Positions 35,901 to 46,437 of a stretch of DNA of 64,000 bases are shown one piece after another. Source of the stretch: Zancudomyces culisetae HAW-14-8 (lineage: Eukaryota; Fungi; Kickxellomycota); contig JBNJNM010000013.1 in the NCBI GenBank assembly GCA_052426225.1, forward strand, positions 806,001 through 870,000, read 5' to 3'. Numbering within the stretch: position 1 is the first letter of the stretch; each line of letters begins with the position of its first letter. The position numbers and the translations under genes were made by a program. The notes beneath the pieces were generated by a model that saw nothing but the letters and a program-made list of their open reading frames with translations, was not told where the DNA came from and searched no databases.

Positions 35901-36631
35901 ATCACTTTATTTTTCCCCGATAATACTCGTTTCCAAAATTCACCCGCCTTTGCTTCCTCTTCTGTTGGTAATCTTACGTCGTTTTCTTTTCCTATAATCG
36001 TATTTTCCACTTTTTCCATCTCTAATTCCTCAGGTAGCTCATACTCATCCTTTTTTTTGACCAACCTTGACCTTTTCCCACTAGATGGTGGCGTGTTTCC
36101 CCTCCCACCTTCCCCCTCAATACTTTTTCTTTTTCGCCCCTTAATACCTATTTCGTCTGGAGATTTGATGAGATTTAATTTCACTTGTGCTAGAAACAGC
36201 TTTTCTGCTGCTGCCTTTATTTCCTTTGTTTTTTCTTCCACCTTGTCTTTTCTTCTTCTCTGTATACACGATTTAGTTAAAGTATGTTAAAACGACATAT
36301 ATCTGTAATTAAAAGACACATAAAAATAGTTTAAAAAGGGTAAGAAGGCACTAGTAAGACAAGTTACCATTGTTTCGAGCTTAATCGCAGGTGGCTCACC
36401 ATCAAACACAAAGATCGGTTTAATCTTATAATACAATAGCTTTTTTATTCTGCTCGTAAATCCTCTAACAACTCCATTTTCCATTTCCTCTCCCTGCTCG
36501 TTCCGCATAGCCTTGAGAAACTGATGAATCCAAACGGAGGCATCGATCGCTATAACTTTGTTTTCCAAATCCTCATACTTCACTGGCTCCGAATTTTCCT
36601 CTACCACGGTCCATAATCCTATAACTCCCAT
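32969..36631 (-). CDS. RAD2: XPG/Rad2 structure-specific endonuclease. Exons 36631-36368 and 36259-32969
   Basis: N-domain MGVIGLW, AIDASVW, PIFVFDG and FSQMQI. Long acidic spacer. I-domain EAEALCA, ITDDSDVLLFGG, LGSDYT and GIGP. In-phase GT-AG intron 36367-36260. Confidence 0.92.
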
Positions 36632-37155
36632 TCTTCTTTTTTTTTCAAAGGATTATATATGTATAGTATATATAATATTTGCTGTTCTTGTGCTGGCGAT
36701 TTCAATTATTGTTTGTCAAAGACTGGTTGTACTGTACTTTTTTAATATAAAATGAACAAAAATATAAATCATAGAAAATCGAAACTACACAATTCATTCA
36801 ACTTCTACAATGTACCTAACCAAACAATTGGTCAGAATTGCGCAGCAAAGTGGATTCGCATTTGGGATTTTGCTCGCTTTTTCGCCACAAATTCGTTTTT
36901 CCCCCAATCTTGTTGCTACATTAAACCTGCTCAGCAAAATTAAATTGATTGAAATTTCCCATACAAAGAGCAAATATAAATGGATCGATATAAAATACCA
37001 AAAGTCCTTTAATGAGGTTCGTTTGATCAAGAAATACTATTTAAGAATGTAAGCCGGTGCTCTTCGGTGCATTTCCTTCTCTATCCGTCGTACTGGCTTC
37101 ACACTGTTGCAACAAAGCAAAGCAATAAATACAATACCACCTTGGTCCGAGGAGG

Positions 37156-38092
37156 TCAAGTTGATAGAACCTGGAAGAAGTGATACAGTTCTTCATCGGG
37201 CTCAAAGTATGCTACTTTTGTATTGCATATCTCACAAAATACAGGGCTATAACCTTCGTATTCTACAACTATTTTCATTTTTATGACTGTTCTATTATAT
37301 CCGCCGTACAAAGTCAAAAACCCTACAAATTCTAATATAAACACCACATGCAAGAGGAGCAAAAAAAAAACTTGGTACAAACCTGAATTGTCCACTTTAC
37401 AGTTTCTGACAAACATTGCTCGGAACTGTTCAAAATACTTTGTGTGTCTAGTAGGTAATAAACATATGATTCAGCTGTATGAGTATTAGTGGTGTTATTG
37501 GAAGTACTAGTGATAGCAATAACAATTTGATTGTTTAATATCATAGAGAGACAGTATTTAACCAGAATAAACCTGTTTTTTACTCTTCCTTACCTTTGAC
37601 AATCATAGCAGAGCTGTGTAAAACACCCGGGACATGATAAAACAATATTTTTTTCCGTGTTCACTTTACCCTCACTACTTTCTTGGTTGTTATCTTTACT
37701 ATTATTCACATTTTTCTTTTTCGTCATCCCTATATATTGTAATCAAATCGAAGGGTATAATTAGAAACAATTGTTTTAGCTACAAGAATGGTAATAAAGA
37801 ATACAGAAGCCATCCACATTTTAATGAAGAATTGCAAAGAAAAAACAACTACCTTGATTCACCAGTTTACGATTAACCCATTCTTCGTCTTTTTGGTCAA
37901 TGTTTGCGTCATACATCCAATCGCTCTCTGCTTGTACATCTTTTTCGGATCGACCACTTTCACTACCTACAAGTATTAAGCGAATTGTATTTATTTTTTT
38001 ATCTAGCTACTTTTTATACCTGGTAAAATATGATAGAAAGTATCGTAAAGCCATCGACATAGCATACCTGAATCCAATTCAATATCCTCCAT
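37156..38092 (-). CDS. EAPP: E2F-associated phosphoprotein (EAPP)-like protein. Exons approx. 38092-38068, 37966-37853, 37729-37594, 37447-37156 (last segment probably contains a further in-frame intron, e.g. 37382-37323)
   Basis: Manual splicing gives MYDANIDQKDEEWV, VLSCPGCFTQLCYDCQRHTKYFEQFRAMFVRNC and YSPVFCEICNTKVAYFEPDEELYHFFQVLST, matching the EAPP C-terminal domain pattern. Start codon uncertain. Confidence 0.85.
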
Positions 38093-38461
38093 AGCTGCCT
38101 TGTTATGGTACACTGCTTTTTTCTATTCTATAATACAGAATAACCTTACTCTGAGTTTTTTTTGTCCTTTTTAATTTTTTACCAAATAAAGCTGATTTCG
38201 CAAAAATAGAAAGAAAAAAACTGCTAAACTATCCAAACTGCATCGATTTGTCCGCATTATTTTTAAACATTCTGACATTTTATTCCATTTCTTCTGACTA
38301 GATATCACACTTAGTATTGCCAAGGACGACAGTGTTAGCCATAACAAAAACTAAGTAAAAGTAAATGAATAATCTTGTGCACTTGAGCCACGAAATTGCA
38401 AAGTAAAAAAAAAGAAAGAATAGGGACAAAGATTTATACAAACGTGTATGTATACTGGCAA

Positions 38462-39653
38462 TTAAACTACACGTGTTCCACCTTTACGCTTCCTAACGGT
38501 TTTTGACTTGGGTGTAAGAGGAGTAGAGGCTTTAGAGTCCGATTTTCCAGAAGCTGTAGCAGATACTTGGTTTTGAGAACCACTATTGGAAGCATCAGAT
38601 TCGACAGAGTCCTTGTTACTACTAGCCAGCGAAGCTGAGGAGCTACTAGCTTTGAACTTTTGTTTTCTGGAAACATTTTTTGTGTCCCGCTCTTCTTTCT
38701 TTAGTAAAAATTTCTCCTTGAAATCGCCTTGGTCAACCTCCTCAGAACTATCATCTTCGCTGATACTAGTAGAGTCTTGTTCGATCGGTTTCATCAACCC
38801 AACAGATGTACCCACTTTTCGGATAATCCACATAGGAAGGCTAATAACCAACAGATCTGCAATGGTTGGTTTTTTCACTGAGTAAGGATCCAACTCAGTT
38901 ACATATGCAAGCGAATCATCATCCTCATCACCGACAAATTCATCATATAGTTCCTGTTTGCCGGACTTTCCTCGTCTTTCCCTCCTGTTGAGTGTTGCGC
39001 GAAGTTGAGGTGGGGCTTTAAGTTTCAGTTTTTCGCCCTCCTCTTCAATAATTTTGATTCTTTGTTGAGCTCTCCAGTAGCTCAGCGACATGAACATGTA
39101 CTGCATTGCTGAAAAAAACAGCGCCAACCCAACACCTACACTTCCCAGGCCTGGTCTGTAGCGTTTATACAAGTAGTCTGCTCCTCGCCACACGGGAACT
39201 CCGTTCTTTTTAAAAAAATCGTATCTTTTACGACTATATTTATCTCTCAAAATATTGGCAACAAGCCCAAGGCGAGTGTATTTCTCAGTAGCTCGCTTCA
39301 TTTCCTTTTTTGTGCCTCTTAGTTTATCGGGGCTATTTGAAAATTATACAATGGAAGTTGTAGCGCTTATAGTTGGAATTACTTTGTAAGTGTAGTAAAT
39401 ATCACATATTGAACACAAAAGGGACTTACTGGTACTTCAAAGAAAGTCGTTTGTAGGCCTTATTAATTTGAGCAGAAGTAGCGGAGCTAGGAACGCCCAT
39501 CAGCTCGTACCAGTTTGTGGTCTTGTCGTTTTTCTTAATCGAATCCCATAGCTCAAAGATTTCAAAATCAAGCTTTTCCCAAGCAAAAGACCGATTTATG
39601 AAAAGGCAGAGAAGCGAAAGCAATACTAGCACCGAAAATCTAAAGGACTTCAT
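38462..39653 (-). CDS. ER-membrane DnaJ co-chaperone (Erj5-like). Exons 39653-39430 and 39332-38462
   Basis: Signal peptide. J-domain with HPD reconstituted across the intron (CA|C CCC GAT). RKRYDFF..GVPVWRG..Y..YRPG followed by a TM helix. Confidence 0.88.
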
Positions 39654-40726
39654 ATTTACCGAGAACGATGGTGTTAATCTATACAGATGACACAGTTAAT
39701 ATCCGCTTTACTTGTTAAATGTAAATATTTCAAAGCTCTGAAGAGTAAATATTATTTATTTTTTAAAAAAAAAACAGAAACTGTATGTCACTAACAGTAA
39801 AATGTAGGTGAAAAATAAAGTTGAATATATTACGCTGGGTTTGGCTATTTTTGTTCAATGCGATTAAGTGTGTTTATATGAGTGACAAAATTTTTTTTAA
39901 AAATGTGAAAAATGAGGAGAAAAGTAGTGCAAACTCCCACCAGTAAAAGGGCACTACATTCATGTTTATTCAAAATCCAGCCTATCTGATCTTTGGGTTA
40001 TGATTGGGGGGAGAGGAAGGTAAAATCATTGTCAGAACAGACAGATGTTTGACACCATGGCATACAAGTCTGGTATAGGTTCATCCAAATTGCTATGTGA
40101 TGTAGAGAGATGGCAGAAAAGTATAGAGCAATGGTTAAACGTGGACCATGTAAATCTGCAAGGAACAAGCAAATATACACTTTTCTTCCAGTCTAGCTTT
40201 TACACACCTTTTTTAACTTGAAGATAAAGGAGGGGGCGAGGGGGGAGGGGGAAGGAGGTAATGGAGAAAAAAATAGCCATTACAAAATGCGCAGTGGAAT
40301 GCATTAAATTGTATACTATCCATACCTGTTGGTATTCCCATATGGGATGGAGAGCAGTGTTTAACCTGTTTTATTTTTTTTACAGGATATCTGAAAACGA
40401 GAAAAAAAAATGATGAGATATATTAAAATATACATTGAGCTAAAAAAAAGCTTTAAAGCTAGTATAATAGACATCGCACCTAAACAAAGCTATTCGGTAA
40501 ATAAAAGTCAATAATAGCAATACAGCGTTACTAGAAACAAAGAAAGAAGAGTGTGTTTTTCTATAAATAGCAGAGCCTCTTAATATAAATTATGAGCAAT
40601 AAGGAGGTGGGTTGTGGTGAAAAAACTTCTGGTTCCGTCAAAAAGTAGTAAAGGCTGGAAAAAAAATCTATAAAAGCATTAAGCGCGATTGTAAATTAAT
40701 GATCAAAACACAATATATATCATGAA

Positions 40727-43700
40727 TCAAGAGTCAGAATCAGAAAAATCATCGTATCCTTTCCCTGTGGTAGGTGAGTGAAAGTTCGCAGGTGCTGCAG
40801 AATCGCCTAGTATCTCGCCATCCTCACCAGCAAAGTCATCTGGCATTGAATCGTCGCCAAGTTCATCAAAAAACACAGGGAGTTTCGGATTTGGAGATAA
40901 GGTAGAATTTTTTGAAAAAAAGTCTCTAGCACCTGTTCCAATATCTGCTCCAAACAAAGGTGCATTGGCTGCCGTAGAGCCAGAGACAGAGCCCGAGGCC
41001 TTATTATTGGTGGATAGGCTAACAGGTGGTCTACCTCTACGTTTGGGTTTATCAGCAGTAGAAGATGTGTGGGAAGCAGCTGAATTCTTGCGGTATGTAT
41101 GAGGGTGAGGGCTAGCACGAATATTGTCATCATCATCGTGAAGATCTAGGTCAATGCTAAGAGGAGAGGCTGTTGCATCCAGCCCAGCTTGAGACGCTTT
41201 CTTTCTTCCTCTCCTCTCGACTTTCTTGCCATACTTATTAAACATCTGTTTGGAGGAAAGAGATAATGGTTTAGAGTCAAAATCGGAGGCGCCAGCTGGA
41301 TACGAGTCGAGTGAGGATGAGTTTTGTAAATCATCAAAATCCAATGTGTTTTTCACATAAAATGCCATATAAGCCAAACCCTTTGCAGCTTCACCGCGCT
41401 GGGCTTTATGTTCTTCGTCCAACCCAAGCACGTCTGAAATATCGGCCAATGTTACCGACGAGTCATCAAATTTAAACCACATATTTCTATGCTGACAAAA
41501 GATGGTGTAGTGACCTGTGTCCAATGCTCCTGTATGATTCACCACTGCAAACAGCTCGTACTTGCAGGCTGGGTTCACTCGTGTAGGCTCAGTCCTACGC
41601 CGGCTTCCAGATGCGGAGTTCATGGTTGCAATCGCAGATAAAGGAAGATTGCTATTTATTGTAGTTGCTGAAGGACCCTCATTGGCAGCTGCTTCACCGG
41701 CGCCTCCATCATAGTTGCCACTCGTTCCGCAACTGTTCAGCAAAAATAGTGTGGATAGTGGCGTTCCTGAAATAGATGACAACGATCCACCTGGACCACC
41801 AACATGAGGATTCAATGACCCTGTTGTATACGGTGTCATGTCCAGAGCTAGCGGTAGCTTAACATACGTATTTAGCTTGCTTGATGAGTTTGTACCAACA
41901 TTAAATCGCTTGAATTGGAAGGCAAGCACTGGTGGCAACTGCTTTATGGAAAGTTGTTTGGTGGCTCGCCCATTAGCCGCCTTACAATTGCTGCATACAT
42001 AGGTCCCTGGGCCCAAAACTTCCGGCGAAGTAAATTGCTCCAAACACTCCTGTAGCGACAGAACATGCGCTGCCATTCCATTAGTACCGCCATATCCATT
42101 TTCAAGTCCGTTAGTATTGCCATTCCTATTACCATTCCCGTTTGCATTTCGGCTTCCACTTGTTCCTGTCTCGGATTTCTGTCCCAAAAAACCTTCTGAG
42201 GCGTTTCCCATGCCATTTTCTGCAAGCCCGGCCTTTTTCCTCAGTGCCCAGTCAACTGCAACCATCTTTTTTTTAATCTTAATATCTATATCATCAAAAG
42301 AATGTTTACTACCTGTCCCAGAATCACTAGAAAAGATCCGATGTGCGCTCTGCTGAATATCTAGTGAGAAATCGAGTACCGGGTCATTTGCCACAGTTAC
42401 ATTTTTGCATGATTGGCATATTACTGTACTTTGTAGCGTTCCACCAAATGTTTGGTGAACTATACAGTTGCAGCTTGTGCTCTTATCTTTTCCTCGCAGC
42501 AAGTCGAATCCCCCTTTATTCTTGTTTATTACATTATTAACCATTTCCGATAGTGATAAGTTTTCATTAAAAAGCTTTTCTGTATCTTCATCCTTTATGT
42601 CAAATAAACTGTCTGCTAAGCAATCATGCAGCTGATCTAATATCGCCATAAAGCATTCATGTGCATCCTGTTGCCCGTATCCGGAAAGATCTGGTCGAAG
42701 CATCCATAGAGAATAAAGTAGCTCTGATGGCCCAATTGGTGTTGTGTCGCCATTATAAAACCGAAGTATCAGATTATACAGCTCACACGCTATACAATGA
42801 CGATCACTCGAGCGATCTTTCCCTGTACCGCTGTCCTTTTCCGAGTATCCCTTTGCATTTGCTCCGTCGCCATGGCCTTTAGCCTTTTTCCTCCCCACTT
42901 TACACCTCGCTGTAGAATGCCCTCCACTCAAAAACCAGCTCCTCACTAGAGGATTTTGAAACAACGCTTGAACAATAACGTTGAGATAGCACGTAGCCCC
43001 TAGATTCCGGAGGCCTCGCAGGCCGCCGCATGGCCTAATTGAACCGTGTTCCTTCGCAAATTTTGCCTCTGCTGGTGTTATTTCTACATTAACACCTATC
43101 ATTCTAGGTCGCTTTGCTTCTGGCTCGGCTGCATCGCACAGTGCTGCGTACCAACGTGCTGTCATTCCTCTTAGCCAGTTTGCAATTGAGGGATCATATA
43201 CATAATCTCTACATTCTCTGCAATATATTTGCAACCGGTAAAAGTCGATAGCTATAGTTTTATTTTTAGTCGCAGTATTCTTTAATAACGGCTAATGGTC
43301 TAACTATTACATCTTCGTTTTCAATATGATATTTTGGCGCCTTGAAAGGCGTACATGTAGTATAAATACAATCAAACAAAAGTTTACCAAAACAATGCCC
43401 TGTCTTATTAAGGTGTTGAACAATATGACTCGTGTTTATTCCTGGGTTTGATTCGTGTGTATTCAGACTATGGCTTTTTAGTCTCCAACATCCAAAATAT
43501 TCGCATTCAAGACATGAATGAAGTCGATCCATGGTCGTTCCACAGTCTTCACACAATGGCGAGGGCATCTACGCGCATTTTCCAGTACAAAATCTTCAAT
43601 ATACACCCTCACTCAAATTCTCTGTAATCACTAAAATAGATATTGGAAGCTATTAATCAGATAAATTACCTCCTCAACTAATCTCTTCCGACTCCGGTCG

Positions 43701-44020
43701 CCCTCTAAATTACCACTGTTAGCACCACCTCCACCGGAAGTACTAGTTCCTCCGCCAGCTGCTGCCCCCAGACCTGTAGCTGTCGCTAAACTTTGCCCTC
43801 CTCCCTCCTCACCATTCGAGTTTTCTTCATTTCCACCAGCTGCTTGCGCAATCGCAGTTCCTGAAGCCAAACCGTAGCTACTGGTTTGAGCACCCCTTCT
43901 CCCTACTAGCAGAGTTTGTCGCTTCGAACATACAGTAGAATATGGTACTAACACCTTCAGCCTGTCTAGAATCGACTTGAACTGGGATCGTGTATGTTCA
44001 CAGCCTGCACTCACAGACAT
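40727..44020 (-). CDS. UBP8: SAGA deubiquitinase Ubp8/USP22. Exons 44020-43670, 43568-43388, 43251-40727
   Basis: ZnF-UBP (CEDC..RLHSCLECEYFGC..H..H..IYCRECRDYVYD). Cys box GLRNLGATCYLN, QQDAHE, His box VNHTG..GHY and WFKFDD. Confidence 0.9.
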
Positions 44021-44921
44021 TTCTACTTACTCGAATAAAAATATAAATAGGTACACACGCTATTGGGTAGGATATTGTATAGGAATGTATCTACTGTCGC
44101 GATTAAAACTCAGTTTTCAAATATAAGGCATAGAATCCTTTTTTTTATTTGCCTATTGCCTATTGTCTTATGTCGTTTACCTGTTCCTTATTGAGGAGGC
44201 TTGAAAACAGGTTGAAAAATATGACTATCCAAGGCTCATTAATCCAAGTAAACTAGCACTTGAGATTTATCCACCATCCACTATCTTATTTTCCTCTCTT
44301 GTCCACCCGCTTTTTTGCCAATTTGGATTACTTGTTATCCCAGTGTTAGCTTTGTGTGTTTAGTACATTATACCCAGCTTGCGCTTTGTTTTTATTATTT
44401 TACTGTGGTATTTGTTTTATAAGGATTGTTTCATTTGCACCAATTATATCTTTCGCGATTAATTAACGAAGATAAAAAAACAAGAAAAAGTTTGGATTAG
44501 CTTTGTTCGTGATTAAGCCTCCATTGCCCTTTACAAGCGGTTTTTACTCTTTCTCCTTTGGGGGTGGATCGTCATCCAATTTTTGGAAATTTTATTGTAA
44601 AAAAAAAGTTTTACCTGTGATATTTTGAAATACACCAACAAAAAAAAAGAAATTTCAAGCTCTAACTTTAATTCTGGCTTTAGGCTTAATATTATTGCTG
44701 GCACGATTATTGATCTCGTACTAACTTTACAGTATCCAACTTTTACTGAACCCGAAAATTTATTCCTGACATAGAACATTTCGGAAATAGAGGCAAGTGT
44801 ATATATTTACGAAACTGTGGCTGAGAATTTAAAAAATAAAAACAGTTACAAGAACAAAGGTAAGGAAAAAGAAAAATCTCCTTCTGCTCCTTTTAGTACA
44901 CCACATAATCAAAACTATTCA

Positions 44922-45854
44922 ATGGATCAGCTACCAATATCGGTTTCAGAAACCGACTACATAATCAAAGGGGTTGAAGCAAATCTTAGGACCGACGGGA
45001 GAGGAAACCTAGATTTACGAGAAATAAATCTGACAACCGGTGTCATATCACAAACCTACGGAAGTGCGAGAGGAAGAATAGGCAGTTTAGGAAGAGGAAC
45101 GGAAATAATTGTTGGAATTAAAGCAGAAATCGGAAACTGGATTCCAGGAGAAAAAGAAAATGTGGGCAAAATTGTCTGCAACGTTGAAATTTCACCGATT
45201 GCAAATCAGTCCTTTGGAACTAGGACAGCAGAAGATCTAAATGTAGAGCTGACAAATATAGTAAGCAATTGTTTGGACGGCCCCCAGAGTGGACTTGATC
45301 TTGAACAACTATGTATAATCCCAAAGCAAGCATATTGGATACTATATGTGGATGCTATGGTGCTGAGCTACGAGGGTAACATCATCGATCCATTGTTTTA
45401 CACCATAAGAGCTGCTTTTTCAGATGTACGGATCCCAAAAGTTGTGGTTGAATCGGTACTAGACGAAGACACAAAGGTCGAACATTTGGCGTACGAAATA
45501 GTAGACGATCCTTCTGCTGTGACGGAGATAAAAGGCTGGCAAGATATTCCTCTTTCAGTTACATTCTACAAGATTGGGAAAAAATATGTTGTTGATACCA
45601 TACCCGAGGAAGAAAATATTTCCACGCTTAGAACAACCGTCTGTGTAAATAGTTCTGGTGAGATCTGTTTGATCCACAAGGGAAAATACAGAGGTGGGAT
45701 GGCATATTCATTGTTATCTGAGGCTCTATTTGAAGCACGCAAGTTGGTTGTAGACCTGATTGCTTCTCAAAACAAACAGCTAGAGTCGTGCCAGTCTAAT
45801 AAAGACGGTATGGAGGTGCCAGACACCGGCTCCACCTTTTTGAATGCATTTTAG
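44922..45854 (+). CDS. RRP42: Exosome complex RNase PH-like subunit Rrp42
   Basis: ISVSETDYIIKGV..NLRTDGRG, GSAR, IVGIKAE, LCII..WILYVD and VVD..EE. ATG at 44922 preferred over the GTG at 44817. Confidence 0.85.
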   Translation: MDQLPISVSETDYIIKGVEANLRTDGRGNLDLREINLTTGVISQTYGSARGRIGSLGRGTEIIVGIKAEIGNWIPGEKENVGKIVCNVEISPIANQSFGTRTAEDLNVELTNIVSNCLDGPQSGLDLEQLCIIPKQAYWILYVDAMVLSYEGNIIDPLFYTIRAAFSDVRIPKVVVESVLDEDTKVEHLAYEIVDDPSAVTEIKGWQDIPLSVTFYKIGKKYVVDTIPEEENISTLRTTVCVNSSGEICLIHKGKYRGGMAYSLLSEALFEARKLVVDLIASQNKQLESCQSNKDGMEVPDTGSTFLNAF

Positions 45855-46051
45855 TATGGTTTTCAAACATTCTTAATCCATACTTATCTTATTAATGCTG
45901 GCAAAAGCCAAGCTTTTTGTTAACACCTTTGTACATTTTGTGGTAGAAAATATAGCGAAATAGCGCAAGACTCTGGGCTTTAATAAAGTGTCTGATCCCT
46001 GGTTTTACATCTACTTGAAGTTGTTCGCAAAGAAAAAAAGTGAATGTGGCA

Positions 46052-46108
46052 AATGGTAAATAGCTAATGATAAATAGCGAATGGTAAATAGCGAATGGTA
46101 AATGATAA
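46052..46108. repeat. 14-bp (2x7) tandem repeat AATGGTAAATAGCG, about 4 copies
   Basis: aatggtaaatagct aatgataaatagcg aatggtaaatagcg aatggtaaatgata seen directly. Confidence 0.85.
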
Positions 46109-46437
46109 TTGTTAAACTGTTTGGACAAAAGACCCAACCCAAAATCATCCCATTTTATTGTACTCAAACTTCAACATTGTGATTTGCCTAGTAAACGCGG
46201 GGTTGAAAAAAAAATGCAGCAATAGCGACAAAGGCCGAGCCATTCACTTCTATAAACCTTTTTTTTTCTAAACCATGTATACACCTACTTTTGCAACCGC
46301 CTAACCATCAAGCTTATTCTCTTTTATCTATATCTTGTTGCGGAATTAAAAAATATAAAACAGTTTACCATTCGATTTGGATCGAAATATAAGGGAATTC
46401 GGCGTAGAAATCTTGATAGTTCAGTGAATGATTGATT

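Noticed and set aside
37156-37280. MKIVVEY.. looked like a SelW/Rdx selenoprotein start (some early-diverging fungi use Sec)
   Set aside because: There is no CxxU, and the segment belongs to the EAPP C-terminus. I recognised no in-frame UGA redox gene, SECIS or tRNA-Sec in the window.
44817-44921. GTG-initiated N-terminal extension of RRP42
   Set aside because: Homology begins at ATG 44922.
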